Program-made: the position numbers and the translations under genes
Notes under the pieces: generated by a model
Told to the model about the DNA's origin: nothing
Seen by the model: only the letters and a program-made list of their open reading frames with translations
The model's database searches: none
Shown: positions 19,261 through 28,337 of the stretch, in pieces
How the letters are laid out: each line of letters opens with the position of its first letter
Numbering within the stretch: the first letter of the stretch is position 1
Assembly (NCBI GenBank): GCA_041661275.1
Contig: JBAZUU010000002.1
Location: forward strand, 33,206 to 97,205
DNA: 64,000 nucleotides
Reading direction: 5' to 3'
Origin: Parcubacteria group bacterium
GTDB taxonomy: Bacteria > Patescibacteriota > Minisyncoccia > Moranbacterales > UBA2206

Positions 19261-19268
19261 ATAATTCT

Positions 19269-19718
19269 ATGAATTGTCCATTTTGTAACAATCAAGAAAC
19301 AAAAGTAGTAGATTCACGGGATACTAGTGATGGAAAAATAACCCGCAGACGTCGTGAATGCTTCAAATGCACTGCCCGGTTTTCCACTTATGAAGAAATA
19401 GAGCTTTTACGACTGGCCATCGTCAAAAAAGACGGTTCAAAAGTTGATTATGATAAGTGTAAAATCGAAGCGGGGATAAAAAAAGCATTGGAGAAGCGGC
19501 CAATCACTCAAGAAAGATTTGCCAAACTCATGGGAGACATCGAATATGATATGCGGTCGATGGAAAAGCCGGAAATAACCACCAGAGAAATCGGAAAAAT
19601 GGTGCTCAAAAAACTGAAAGAACTCGACGAAGTCGCTTATGTGCGATTTGCGAGCGTCTATAAATCATTCGGATCGATAGAGAGTTTCAAGAAAGAATTA
19701 GATACGTTTGACAAATAG
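19269..19718 (+). CDS. nrdR: Transcriptional repressor NrdR
   Basis: MNCPFCNNQETKVVDSRDTSDGKITRRRRECFKC zinc ribbon plus ATP-cone. Confidence 0.9.
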   Translation: MNCPFCNNQETKVVDSRDTSDGKITRRRRECFKCTARFSTYEEIELLRLAIVKKDGSKVDYDKCKIEAGIKKALEKRPITQERFAKLMGDIEYDMRSMEKPEITTREIGKMVLKKLKELDEVAYVRFASVYKSFGSIESFKKELDTFDK

Positions 19719-19722
19719 AAGA

Positions 19723-19837
19723 TAGTTGATTGGAAAATAGAAAATAGTTCAGGAAAAAAGAAATAGGAGAATGGAAAATCAAATTTCTAATTTCCACTTT
19801 CTTAAGCCATTTTCCTTTTTCTATTCAACTAATTTCT
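19723..19837. repeat. Imperfect palindromic intergenic element, family 'agttgattggaaaatag...gttcaggaaa...ccattttc...tattcaactaatttc' (copy 1)
   Basis: Related copies at 28201-28330 (opposite orientation) and 46171-46286. Arms are partially self-complementary. Confidence 0.65.
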
Positions 19838-19871
19838 TTATAATATTTTTTAATAATCTAATTTAATTGTT

Positions 19872-22067
19872 ATGATGGCAAAACAAAAACACAAATTGGG
19901 GGCGGCAATGGGGGGCGACCGGAAAAAGAAAAAGAAAATTACTAACAAGATCACAAAAATTGTGAAGCGCGACGGAACGGTGGCGGACTTCAGTCAGAAA
20001 AAGATTGTGGAAGCGGTTTACAAAGCTTTTTGCGAAACGGACGAAGCGGGTTTGAAGGAAGCGCGGATGGTGAGTGAAAAAGTCGTGTCTATGATGAACA
20101 GAAAAGCTATCCCTGATATTATTCCTAGCATCGAACAGATCCAGGACTTGGTGGAAAAAGTGCTGATGATCATGGATTTTGACGAAACGGCCAAGGCCTA
20201 TATTCTCTATCGTGATAAGCGGGCCAAGATCCGCGATACCGAAGCTTCACTCACTGAAGCAGTCGACTTAATTGAAAAATATATCCAAGAAATTGACTGG
20301 CAGGTGAAAGAAAATGCCAATATGGCTTACTCCTTACAAGGTCTTAACAACTACATTTCTTCTATTGTCAGCTCCAAATATTGGATGGATAGGGTTTATC
20401 CTAAATCTATTAAACGGGCTCACGAAGAAGGGGATTTCCATATTCATGACCTGGACAAGATCGCCGCCTATTGCTGCGGGTGGGACTTGCAGGATCTTCT
20501 GACGCGCGGTTTTACCGGAGTTTCCGGAAAACTTTCCTGCAAACCGCCAAAACACTTGCGAAGCGCTCTTGGACAGGTGGTGAACTTTTTCTACACTACT
20601 CAAGGCGAAACAGCTGGCGCGCAGGCCTTTTCCAATTTTGACACGCTTCTTGCTCCATTTGTGAGGTATGACAAGCTAAATTATGAATCAGTGAAGCAGG
20701 CGATGCAGGAATTTATTTTTAACCTTAATGTTCCAACCAGGGTCGGATTCCAGACACCATTTACTAATCTGACCATGGATCTCAATTGTCCTTCGACATA
20801 CAAAGATCAGAACGTTATTATTGGTGGGGTGCCGCAAAAAGAAAAATATTCTGATTTTCAAGAGGAGATGGATGTTATCAACCGCGCTTTTGCCGAAGTG
20901 ATGAGCGCTGGAGACGCTTCTGGCAGGGTGTTCACTTTTCCCATCCCAACTTATAACATTACTAAAGATTTTAAGTGGGACAATCCCAACCTTGATAAAG
21001 TTTGGGAAATGACTGCCAAATTTGGTATTCCATATTTTGCCAACTTCATCAATTCCGATATGAACGCGGATGACGCGCGCTCAATGTGTTGCCGATTGCG
21101 CCTCGATAACCGCGAACTGCATAAGCGGATGGGCGGGCTTTTTGGTGCGGCGCCTCTCACCGGATCGGTGGGGGTGGTGACACTTAATATGCCACGCCTT
21201 GGGTATCTGGCCAAAGACAAAAAAGATTACTTCAAGCGTCTTGACGATCTTATGGATTTGGCGAAAGAGAGTCTCGAGATGAAAAGAAAGATAATTGAAA
21301 ATTATACGGTCGGAGGCCTATATCCATACTCCAAATATTATCTGGACAACATTTTCAAGCGTCGCGGATCGTATTGGGGCAATCATTTTTCCACTATCGG
21401 ACTTCTCGGGCTCAATGAATCGCTGGTTAATTTCATGGGAGAAAGCATCACCTCGAAAAAGGGCCAGAAATTTGCCGAAGAGGTGCTAGAACATATGAGA
21501 GACAGGATGATAAAGTATCAGGGAGAAACGGGAAATCTATATAATCTGGAAGCGACACCGGCCGAAGGAACGAGTTACCGTCTGGCGCTCAAAGACAAAA
21601 AACGATTTCCTAAGATGATATTTGCCAATAATGGCGCGGTAGAAAAAGGCGCAGAGCCATACTATACTAATTCTTCACAGCTTCCAGTGAGTTATACCGA
21701 TGATATTTTTGAAGCGCTAGATCTTCAGGATAAGTTGCAAACTAAATACACTGGCGGAACGGTACTTCATGGATTTTTAGGAGAGCGGATCTATGATATA
21801 GAAACGACCAAAAAACTAGTGAAAAAGATCGCTTCCAACTATTCTTTGCCATATTTCACTCTTTCACCGACATTTTCCATCTGTCCTAATCACGGTTACA
21901 TCGAGGGTGAACATGCCACCTGTCCTAAATGCGTGGTAGAACAAAAATGTGAAGTTTATTCCAGGATAGTCGGTTATATCCGACCGATCGAACAATGGAA
22001 CGCCGGCAAAGCGCAAGAATTCATCGATAGGAAAGAATATAGGGTGAAGGCAAAGGTGGCAAAATAA
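19872..22067 (+). CDS. nrdD: Anaerobic ribonucleoside-triphosphate reductase (class III)
   Basis: N-terminal ATP-cone, C-terminal Zn ribbon CPNHGY...CPKC and glycine-radical motif SRIVGYIRP. Confidence 0.9.
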   Translation: MMAKQKHKLGAAMGGDRKKKKKITNKITKIVKRDGTVADFSQKKIVEAVYKAFCETDEAGLKEARMVSEKVVSMMNRKAIPDIIPSIEQIQDLVEKVLMIMDFDETAKAYILYRDKRAKIRDTEASLTEAVDLIEKYIQEIDWQVKENANMAYSLQGLNNYISSIVSSKYWMDRVYPKSIKRAHEEGDFHIHDLDKIAAYCCGWDLQDLLTRGFTGVSGKLSCKPPKHLRSALGQVVNFFYTTQGETAGAQAFSNFDTLLAPFVRYDKLNYESVKQAMQEFIFNLNVPTRVGFQTPFTNLTMDLNCPSTYKDQNVIIGGVPQKEKYSDFQEEMDVINRAFAEVMSAGDASGRVFTFPIPTYNITKDFKWDNPNLDKVWEMTAKFGIPYFANFINSDMNADDARSMCCRLRLDNRELHKRMGGLFGAAPLTGSVGVVTLNMPRLGYLAKDKKDYFKRLDDLMDLAKESLEMKRKIIENYTVGGLYPYSKYYLDNIFKRRGSYWGNHFSTIGLLGLNESLVNFMGESITSKKGQKFAEEVLEHMRDRMIKYQGETGNLYNLEATPAEGTSYRLALKDKKRFPKMIFANNGAVEKGAEPYYTNSSQLPVSYTDDIFEALDLQDKLQTKYTGGTVLHGFLGERIYDIETTKKLVKKIASNYSLPYFTLSPTFSICPNHGYIEGEHATCPKCVVEQKCEVYSRIVGYIRPIEQWNAGKAQEFIDRKEYRVKAKVAK

Positions 22068-22125
22068 TATACAATCGAGATTTGATAGGGGTGACTTCTT
22101 TTTTAGAGGTCGCTCCTTTAGTTAA

Positions 22126-22228
22126 TGTAAAAATCAAAAATCAAATCTCAAAATGACAAATCAAAATTAAAAAATGATTAAAATTTTGCATTTTACATTG
22201 TCATTTTTATTTTTGAGATTTTCATTTT
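22126..22228. repeat. AT-rich inverted-repeat element (same family as 12728-12846)
   Basis: aatgtaaaaatcaaaaatcaaatctcaaaatgacaaatc / ttgtcatttttatttttgagattttc arms. Confidence 0.5.
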
Positions 22229-22239
22229 AATTTTTTATT

Positions 22240-22941
22240 ATGAACATTGCTGGTTTCCAAAAACTAACCCTTATAGATTATCCGGGAAAACTGGCCACTA
22301 CTGTTTTCACGGTTGGTTGTTCTTTTCGTTGTCCATTTTGCCATAATCCGGAACTGGTTGATCGTGGATCATGGAATGTAGAACAAGACAGCAAAGAAAA
22401 AGAATTTTTTAAATTCCTGAAAATGAGACGGGGAACACTGGATGGAGTTTGCATCACGGGAGGGGAACCGACTATCCAGCCGGATATTATTGATTTTATA
22501 AAAAAGATAAAAAAAATGGGATTTGCCGTAAAGCTAGATACTAATGGTACTCGTCCAGACGTTCTGCGAAAGATAATCCGGGAAAAATTGGTGGATTTTA
22601 TCGCGATGGATATCAAAAATCATCCGGGGAAATATGACAAAACGACGGCCACCAAGGGAGATATTGACCGCATTAAATTAAGTGTGGAGTTGATTCGAAA
22701 CAGCGGCATTGATTATGAATTCCGAACAACAGTAGTTCCCGGTCTTCATGTTAAAGAAGACTTCAAAAAGATTGCTAAATGGCTCAAGGGTGCGAAATCA
22801 TATTGGCTGCAACGCTACCGCCAGTCCAAAATCCTTGACCCGACTTTGCCTAGCCGAGTCATAAAAGATAAGACTTTGGATTTGGAAAAAATATTAGAAA
22901 ATTTAACCCCGCATTTTGAGAATGTGGGGATAAGAGAATAG
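22240..22941 (+). CDS. nrdG: Anaerobic ribonucleotide reductase activating protein (radical SAM)
   Basis: CSFRCPFCHN CxxxCxxC radical-SAM cluster motif. Directly downstream of nrdD. Confidence 0.85.
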   Translation: MNIAGFQKLTLIDYPGKLATTVFTVGCSFRCPFCHNPELVDRGSWNVEQDSKEKEFFKFLKMRRGTLDGVCITGGEPTIQPDIIDFIKKIKKMGFAVKLDTNGTRPDVLRKIIREKLVDFIAMDIKNHPGKYDKTTATKGDIDRIKLSVELIRNSGIDYEFRTTVVPGLHVKEDFKKIAKWLKGAKSYWLQRYRQSKILDPTLPSRVIKDKTLDLEKILENLTPHFENVGIRE

Positions 22942-22949
22942 TCTTCATA

Positions 22950-22982
22950 TAAGCCTTTAAAACCGGATTATTGCCGGTTTTT
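22950..22982 (+). terminator. Rho-independent terminator after nrdG
   Basis: aaaccggattattgccggttttt stem-loop plus T-run. Confidence 0.7.
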
Positions 22983-23397
22983 GTTTACCAAAATATGGAT
23001 AACTGCTATAATAATACGGCTAATAATTAAAATTAAATTATTGGGCAATATTAGAAAACACTTGGTTAGTATCATAGTTTTTGGCATCAATCTGATCCTT
23101 ATGGGAGTCGGATTTTTGTTTATCAAGAATAGCGATGAGGCGAAAAAGAAAAATTTAGCGGATGAAAATATAACTGAAGGAACACTTACTGAAAGTGAAG
23201 TGACTGCGAGAAATAACGTTGAAATCCCGGTTTCTAAAGAATCGGCAAGCGTTACTCGGAAAAATGTTGCACCAGACACTAAAAATATCTCGTCTTCTAC
23301 CGCGCCAGCTATAAGCACTGCAACTTCTGGTAGCGCTAACGCAAACACAAATAATACTTCCACTAAAAAAAGCTCGGCGACAACAAAGACCTCGTAA
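22981..23397 (+). CDS. Hypothetical membrane-anchored Ser/Thr-rich protein (start uncertain)
   Basis: Hydrophobic N-terminus, low-complexity S/T/N-rich C-terminus, no domain recognised. The listed start lies inside the upstream terminator, so the true start is probably further downstream. Confidence 0.3.
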   Translation: MFTKIWITAIIIRLIIKIKLLGNIRKHLVSIIVFGINLILMGVGFLFIKNSDEAKKKNLADENITEGTLTESEVTARNNVEIPVSKESASVTRKNVAPDTKNISSSTAPAISTATSGSANANTNNTSTKKSSATTKTS

Positions 23398-23402
23398 TTT
23401 TT

Positions 23403-24317
23403 ATGAAAATAAACTTCAAAGCTCTTGGCACGGATATTTCTATCCAGATCATTTCTGATAATATTTCCAATGGTTTAGAAGAAGAGATAAAGAATTTCTA
23501 TTGCGAAAAAGAAAAAACATTCAGCCGGTTTGATAAAAATAGCAAATTAAGCACTCTTAATAATAATCTTGGCAAGTACAATACTGCTTCATCTGATATA
23601 ATAGAAGTGGCCGGGAAATGTTTGGAATATAATAAAGATACGGATGGTTATTTTGATCCAAGAATTATTGAAGTTTTAGAGAGTATCGGATATGACAAAG
23701 ATTTTCGTAAAATCAATTCCGAGGAAATAAAAAAAGAATCCTTAGACATCAAATGTCTAAGTGATGATTTGGGTAGCGATTTGAAAATTGACGGCGATAA
23801 AATTTATTTCAGATGCCGGATGGATTTTTCCGGCATTGCCAAGGGATATATAACAGATAAGTTAGCTAATTATTTACAAGAAAGGGGATATACCAATTTT
23901 TTGATAGATTCCGGCGGGGATATCCGTATTTCAGGAAAAGATGAAAACGGGGAAAATTGGAAAATTTCCCTGGAAGGTGTGGCGGAGGAAAAAATACTTC
24001 TGGAATTAAACAATAATTTTCCGGCCATTGCCACTTCCGGCATAACACGAAGAAAGTGGGAAAATGAATCTGGGAAATTCCATCATCTAATTAATCCTAA
24101 AAGTCCCGGAGAGTTTAATTTCAATCTCAAATCAGCAACGGTTGTAGCCAGGACTTGCGAAGAAGCTGATATCTGGGAAAAAGTTTTGTATCTTATGGGG
24201 AAAGAAAACGGAATACAATTTTCGGAAGAAAAAAATATAAAAAGTTTATTTTTGGATTATAAAGGGAATATTCAAGTTTCTGGAGTTATGAAAAATAATA
24301 TAAATATCAATGGGTGA
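23403..24317 (+). CDS. apbE: FAD:protein FMN transferase (ApbE family)
   Basis: ApbE-like length and motifs (FSGIAKGY, IDSGGDI). Confidence 0.75.
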   Translation: MKINFKALGTDISIQIISDNISNGLEEEIKNFYCEKEKTFSRFDKNSKLSTLNNNLGKYNTASSDIIEVAGKCLEYNKDTDGYFDPRIIEVLESIGYDKDFRKINSEEIKKESLDIKCLSDDLGSDLKIDGDKIYFRCRMDFSGIAKGYITDKLANYLQERGYTNFLIDSGGDIRISGKDENGENWKISLEGVAEEKILLELNNNFPAIATSGITRRKWENESGKFHHLINPKSPGEFNFNLKSATVVARTCEEADIWEKVLYLMGKENGIQFSEEKNIKSLFLDYKGNIQVSGVMKNNINING

Positions 24318-24906
24318 AAATTTCTTTTGGTATCTGACCAGATCAAGCGCCCTAGTAGGTTATTTTTTGCTTTGGATTTCTATCTTTTTGGGTCTTTCCA
24401 TCAGAACGCCGCTTTTAAACAGGATTATAAAACCAATTTATTCCTATAAAGTTCACTGTTGGATTTCGCTTCAAGCGCTTATTTTTGTGCTTATTCATGG
24501 GTTGAGTCTTTTAGGGGATAAGTATGTTGGTTTTACCCTAGGAAACATATTCATTCCTTTTTTCCCGCAAACAGCGCTAGGTGTTGATATGTCGTTTTTG
24601 GCTCTTGGAATAATCAGTTTTTATATAATGCTCATTTTGGTAGTGACGTCATATTTTAGAAATAACTTGTCTCACTCGCTTTGGCGAGGTGTGCATTTTC
24701 TAAATATTGGGCTTTTTGTCATCGTTTTTATTCATGCGCTTTACCTCGGAACGGATATGAAAAGCGGTCTGATCCGGTTTGCGTTTATTTATGCCAATGT
24801 TTTTTTGGCTATTCTTTTTATAATTAATTTAATAGCGAGAACGATAAAAACTTTTCAAAAAAATGAGAATTTACATCAAAGTGACTCCGAGGTCATCGAA
24901 GAATGA
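24310..24906 (+). CDS. Ferric-reductase-like transmembrane heme protein (YedZ/MsrQ-like)
   Basis: Six-transmembrane-like hydrophobicity with conserved His pairs (LIHGLSL, HALYLG). Adjacent to apbE. Confidence 0.5.
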   Translation: MGENFFWYLTRSSALVGYFLLWISIFLGLSIRTPLLNRIIKPIYSYKVHCWISLQALIFVLIHGLSLLGDKYVGFTLGNIFIPFFPQTALGVDMSFLALGIISFYIMLILVVTSYFRNNLSHSLWRGVHFLNIGLFVIVFIHALYLGTDMKSGLIRFAFIYANVFLAILFIINLIARTIKTFQKNENLHQSDSEVIEE

Positions 24907-25084
24907 AGTGACCAAAATGTCAGAAGGGGAATATAAAGTGCGAATCACAGCGCCGCCGGTTGATGGCAAAGCCAATGAAATGCTGATTGGGGTTTTATCT
25001 GACCACTTTAAGGTGGCCAAGTCCAACATTTCAATTGTTGGTGGCAAAAGCGCAAGGACGAAAATAGTAGACATTTTATTTTAA
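24863..25084 (+). CDS. DUF167 / YggU family protein
   Basis: ITAPPVDGKAN motif typical of DUF167. Confidence 0.7.
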   Translation: MRIYIKVTPRSSKNEVTKMSEGEYKVRITAPPVDGKANEMLIGVLSDHFKVAKSNISIVGGKSARTKIVDILF

Positions 25085-25088
25085 GGAG

Positions 25089-26684
25089 GTGACCAAATCA
25101 AAAGTATTTTTTATTTTATCATTGGGTTTTATCGGGGGTGTTTTTAGTGCCTCTTTTTATTATCCCAGTCTGATTGATAATTATTATTTATTAATTTTAG
25201 TTTTGCTAGCTGTTATAATTCTAGCTATTTTTTACAAAAAACCGGCGATGATGGCCGGATTTTTTATATTATTTTTTATTTTTGGTATACACTTGACGGA
25301 AAAAAGACTGGAAGTGGTGAAAAATATAAAAGAAGATGATTTTTCGGGGGAGGTTGTGGTAATAGGCGAGCCAACAATATCAGGCAGGCAACAAAGAATG
25401 GTTGCTTTTCCCAAGATCCAACCTTTGGAGCAGCTCCCAAGGTTGAACCTTGGAACTGATTCAAGATTTTTAATAACCGCTGGAATTTTTCCTGAATATA
25501 AATATGGAGATGTTTTGAGAGTTGATTGTAAATTGGAAATTCCAAAGAATTTTGGACGAGGTCCTTCGACTGCGTCCGACTTGCGGTCGGACTCCGCTCA
25601 GGACGAATCCTCCGGATTCGATTACAAAATGTATCTAGCCAAAGACGGGATTTATTATCTTTGCAATAATCCTAAAATAGAAGATCTTAATAGAAACGAA
25701 GGAAATAAATTTTACGCGGCGATATTGAATATTAAAAATAAATTTAATGACAATATAATGAAGCTGATGCCGTCGCCGCAGTCGGGGTTGCTTTCGGGAT
25801 TATTAATCGGAGGATCGGGGCTACTTTCTAAAGACTATCAAAATTATTTTTCTCTCACCGGCACAACGCACATCGTAGCAGTGTCCGGATACAATGTAAC
25901 AATTGTCGCGGAATATCTGATGCTTCTGGGACTTTTTATCGGTCTCTGGCGGCAGCAAGCCTTTTGGTTTGCGGCTATTGGAATAATTTTTTTTGTAATT
26001 TTAACCGGCATGCCGTCTTCGGCCGTTCGGGCGGGAGTGATGGGGATTCTTCTCATTTGGGCGATGAAGAACGGGCGATTGGCTAACGCGCAAAATGCTA
26101 TCATATTTGCGGCGGGAGTTATGCTATTGGCAAATCCATTGTCATTGCGTTGGGATGTCGGATTTCAACTGTCATTTTTGGCGACACTGGGGATCGTTTA
26201 TGTTTATCCGATATTTAATGAATATCTTATGAAATTAGACGCGATGAATCGCGTCTCTACGATTGCGGAAATATTATTTCTTACACTATCGGCGCAGGTT
26301 TTTGTTTTGCCGATATTGATGATTAATTTTGGAAAATTGTCTCTCATTTCACCTCTGGCTAACGTCCTGATTTTGCCCATTATTCCGCTCACGATGCTCA
26401 CCGGATTTATAGCTATCCTTTTTAGTTTTATCATTCCGCCCATCGGTCAAGTCTTCGCCTGGTTGGCCTTTTTGCCGTTGAAATATGAAACGATGGTAAT
26501 AAAATTTTTGGCCAGTCTAAAATATTCCTCGGTGGAAATTTCCAATTTTTCGTGGATTGGAGTGGTTTTGTGGTATATAATTTTAGGAGGAGGGGTAGTT
26601 TTGATTAAAAAGAAAATAACAAATCCTCCTCTCCCCTTGGGAGAGGATGCCGAGTCTTCGAGGCAGGAGAGGGCTCCTAATTAA
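25089..26684 (+). CDS. comEC: ComEC/Rec2 competence channel protein (DUF4131 + competence domains)
   Basis: Multi-pass membrane protein. GYNVTIVAEYLM and competence-domain similarity. Last 19 codons and the stop are contributed by repeat element C. Confidence 0.8.
   Translation: MTKSKVFFILSLGFIGGVFSASFYYPSLIDNYYLLILVLLAVIILAIFYKKPAMMAGFFILFFIFGIHLTEKRLEVVKNIKEDDFSGEVVVIGEPTISGRQQRMVAFPKIQPLEQLPRLNLGTDSRFLITAGIFPEYKYGDVLRVDCKLEIPKNFGRGPSTASDLRSDSAQDESSGFDYKMYLAKDGIYYLCNNPKIEDLNRNEGNKFYAAILNIKNKFNDNIMKLMPSPQSGLLSGLLIGGSGLLSKDYQNYFSLTGTTHIVAVSGYNVTIVAEYLMLLGLFIGLWRQQAFWFAAIGIIFFVILTGMPSSAVRAGVMGILLIWAMKNGRLANAQNAIIFAAGVMLLANPLSLRWDVGFQLSFLATLGIVYVYPIFNEYLMKLDAMNRVSTIAEILFLTLSAQVFVLPILMINFGKLSLISPLANVLILPIIPLTMLTGFIAILFSFIIPPIGQVFAWLAFLPLKYETMVIKFLASLKYSSVEISNFSWIGVVLWYIILGGGVVLIKKKITNPPLPLGEDAESSRQERAPN
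25437..25453. repeat. REP-like palindrome CCAAGGTTGAACCTTGG inside the comEC reading frame
   Basis: Identical palindrome flanks the RAYT gene at 49526-49550 and 50232-50258. Here it encodes ...LPRLNLGT... in frame. Confidence 0.7.
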
Positions 26685-26773
26685 ATTCGCAAAACTATAA
26701 GCTTGTTACTGTTTCACCAAGAGCCCTCTTTGTCACGATAAGAATTGTGACATCTCTCCCAGGGGGAGAGAGG
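26625..26773. repeat. Composite family-1 GC-hairpin element (two inverted units) spanning the comEC stop
   Basis: cctcctctccccttgggagagg...gagaggg and ccctctttgtcacgataagaattgtgacatctctcccagggggagagagg. The right unit is nearly the reverse complement of the 9565-9615 unit. Confidence 0.7.
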
Positions 26774-26980
26774 AAAGAAAAAAGACAATAAAAAAATCCC
26801 CGATTCTTAACCGCGGCGGCGGCGAAAGTCGGGGGCTAATCCCACCATGGATCGTTCCAGATCAGATGGGCGATGATATGAAAAATAATGTCACTTAGAT
26901 TGTATATCATATCATGATTTCACTAAAAAATCAAGCGCTCTCATACGATAAGCTAAAATTCTCCTTAACCAAGCCAAAAT

Positions 26981-27811
26981 ATGCCTAATCGAAAAGCCCT
27001 ATATTTAATCCTCCTGACTCTTGCTATCATTGCCGCTATTTTGGCGGGGATTATTTGGTATCAGCAAAAACAAGAAATGAAAGTGGTTTTTTTTGATGTG
27101 GGACAAGGGGATTCCATTCTGATTGAGCAGGGAAGTAATCAGATTTTGATTGATGGTGGACCGGACGGAAAAAAAGTAATGGAAAAATTGGGCGAATATG
27201 TACCGTTTTGGGATAGGAATATAGAAGTGGTGATAGCGACTCATCCGGACGAAGACCATATTGACGGGCTCATTGATGTCATGGAAAATTACAATATTGG
27301 TGAAATAATCGATAATGGAGCTGATGTAGACAGTCAGGTTTATAAAAAATATCAGGACGTAATCTCGCAAAAAAATATCAATCGTATCGAGGGAAAATCG
27401 GGAATGGAAATAAAACTGGCGGATAATACAAAACTTTCTATTTTATCTCCTGATGGAACGCAAGACAAAAATAACCCGAAAGATACAAATCTTTCGAGCA
27501 TCGTTTCTAAACTAACTTTCGGTGAAAATAGTTTTTTATTTACTGGCGATTTTCCGACAGAAGGCGAGCAAGATTTATTTAGTAAAAATATCGATTTACG
27601 CGCGCGAGTGCTGAAAGTAGCTCATCATGGGTCAAAATATGCAACAAGTGACGAATTTCTAGATAAAGTTAACCCACAAGAGGCAGTAATATCCGTTGGG
27701 AAAAACAATAGATATGGACACCCGGCAGAGGATGTGATAAGCAGATTGGAAGCGCATAAAATTAATATAAAAAGAACCGATGTATCCGGAGATATCGAGT
27801 ATCAATTTTAA
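26981..27811 (+). CDS. Metallo-beta-lactamase fold protein, ComEC C-terminal-like (ComEC/Rec2-related)
   Basis: N-terminal transmembrane helix. FFDVGQGDSILIE, HPDEDHIDGL, LKVAHHGS MBL motifs. Confidence 0.75.
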   Translation: MPNRKALYLILLTLAIIAAILAGIIWYQQKQEMKVVFFDVGQGDSILIEQGSNQILIDGGPDGKKVMEKLGEYVPFWDRNIEVVIATHPDEDHIDGLIDVMENYNIGEIIDNGADVDSQVYKKYQDVISQKNINRIEGKSGMEIKLADNTKLSILSPDGTQDKNNPKDTNLSSIVSKLTFGENSFLFTGDFPTEGEQDLFSKNIDLRARVLKVAHHGSKYATSDEFLDKVNPQEAVISVGKNNRYGHPAEDVISRLEAHKINIKRTDVSGDIEYQF

Positions 27812-27912
27812 ATTTGAAATTTTAAATTTGAAATGAATTTTAAATGACTAAATTTGAAATTAAAGCATTAAAAATTGATTAAAAATTTTAAATTAAAAAT
27901 TAAAAATTACAG
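27812..27912. repeat. AT-rich 'aaatttgaaat(g)a' repeat element (family shared with 4076-4185, 7747-7851, 58365-58500)
   Basis: aatttgaaatgaattttaaatgac and terminal aaattaaaaattaaaaattac(g)ag shared with the copy at 7747-7851. Confidence 0.5.
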
Positions 27913-27990
27913 AACCAAATATTCTTGCCAAATTGATAATATGGTGATAAGCTGTACTTTGTTGTATAATAAATATAAGAATTCAAATTT

Positions 27991-28194
27991 ATGCCAGTAG
28001 CCAGACAAAGACATACCAAAGCCAGACGCGACAGAGCGAGAGTGTTTTACAAGCTAAAACCGAAAAGTCTTGTGGAATGTTCCAATTGTAGCGCTATGAT
28101 CATTGCCCATACCACTTGCCCAAAATGCGGATTTTATAAGAAAAAAGAAGTGGTGGACACGATGAAGAAAGCGACAAAAAAAGCGAAAAAGTAG
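27991..28194 (+). CDS. rpmF: 50S ribosomal protein L32
   Basis: MPVARQRHTKARRDRAR...ECSNCS...CPKCGFYKKKEV matches the bL32 pattern with a zinc-ribbon Cys pair. Confidence 0.7.
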   Translation: MPVARQRHTKARRDRARVFYKLKPKSLVECSNCSAMIIAHTTCPKCGFYKKKEVVDTMKKATKKAKK

Positions 28195-28200
28195 TTTTTA

Positions 28201-28330
28201 GAAATTAGTTGAATAGAAAAAAGAAAATGGTTTAAGAAATAGGAAATAGGAAATAAGAAATTAGATCATATCTTTTTTCCAACTTCTTCTTTCCTGAACT
28301 ACTTTCCATTTTCCAATCAACTATTTTCCA
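28201..28330. repeat. Imperfect palindromic intergenic element, family 'agttgattggaaaatag' (copy 2, inverted relative to copy 1)
   Basis: gaaattagttgaatagaaaaaagaaaatggtttaagaaatagg ... cctgaactactttccattttccaatcaactattttcc. Confidence 0.65.
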
Positions 28331-28337
28331 ATTTTCT

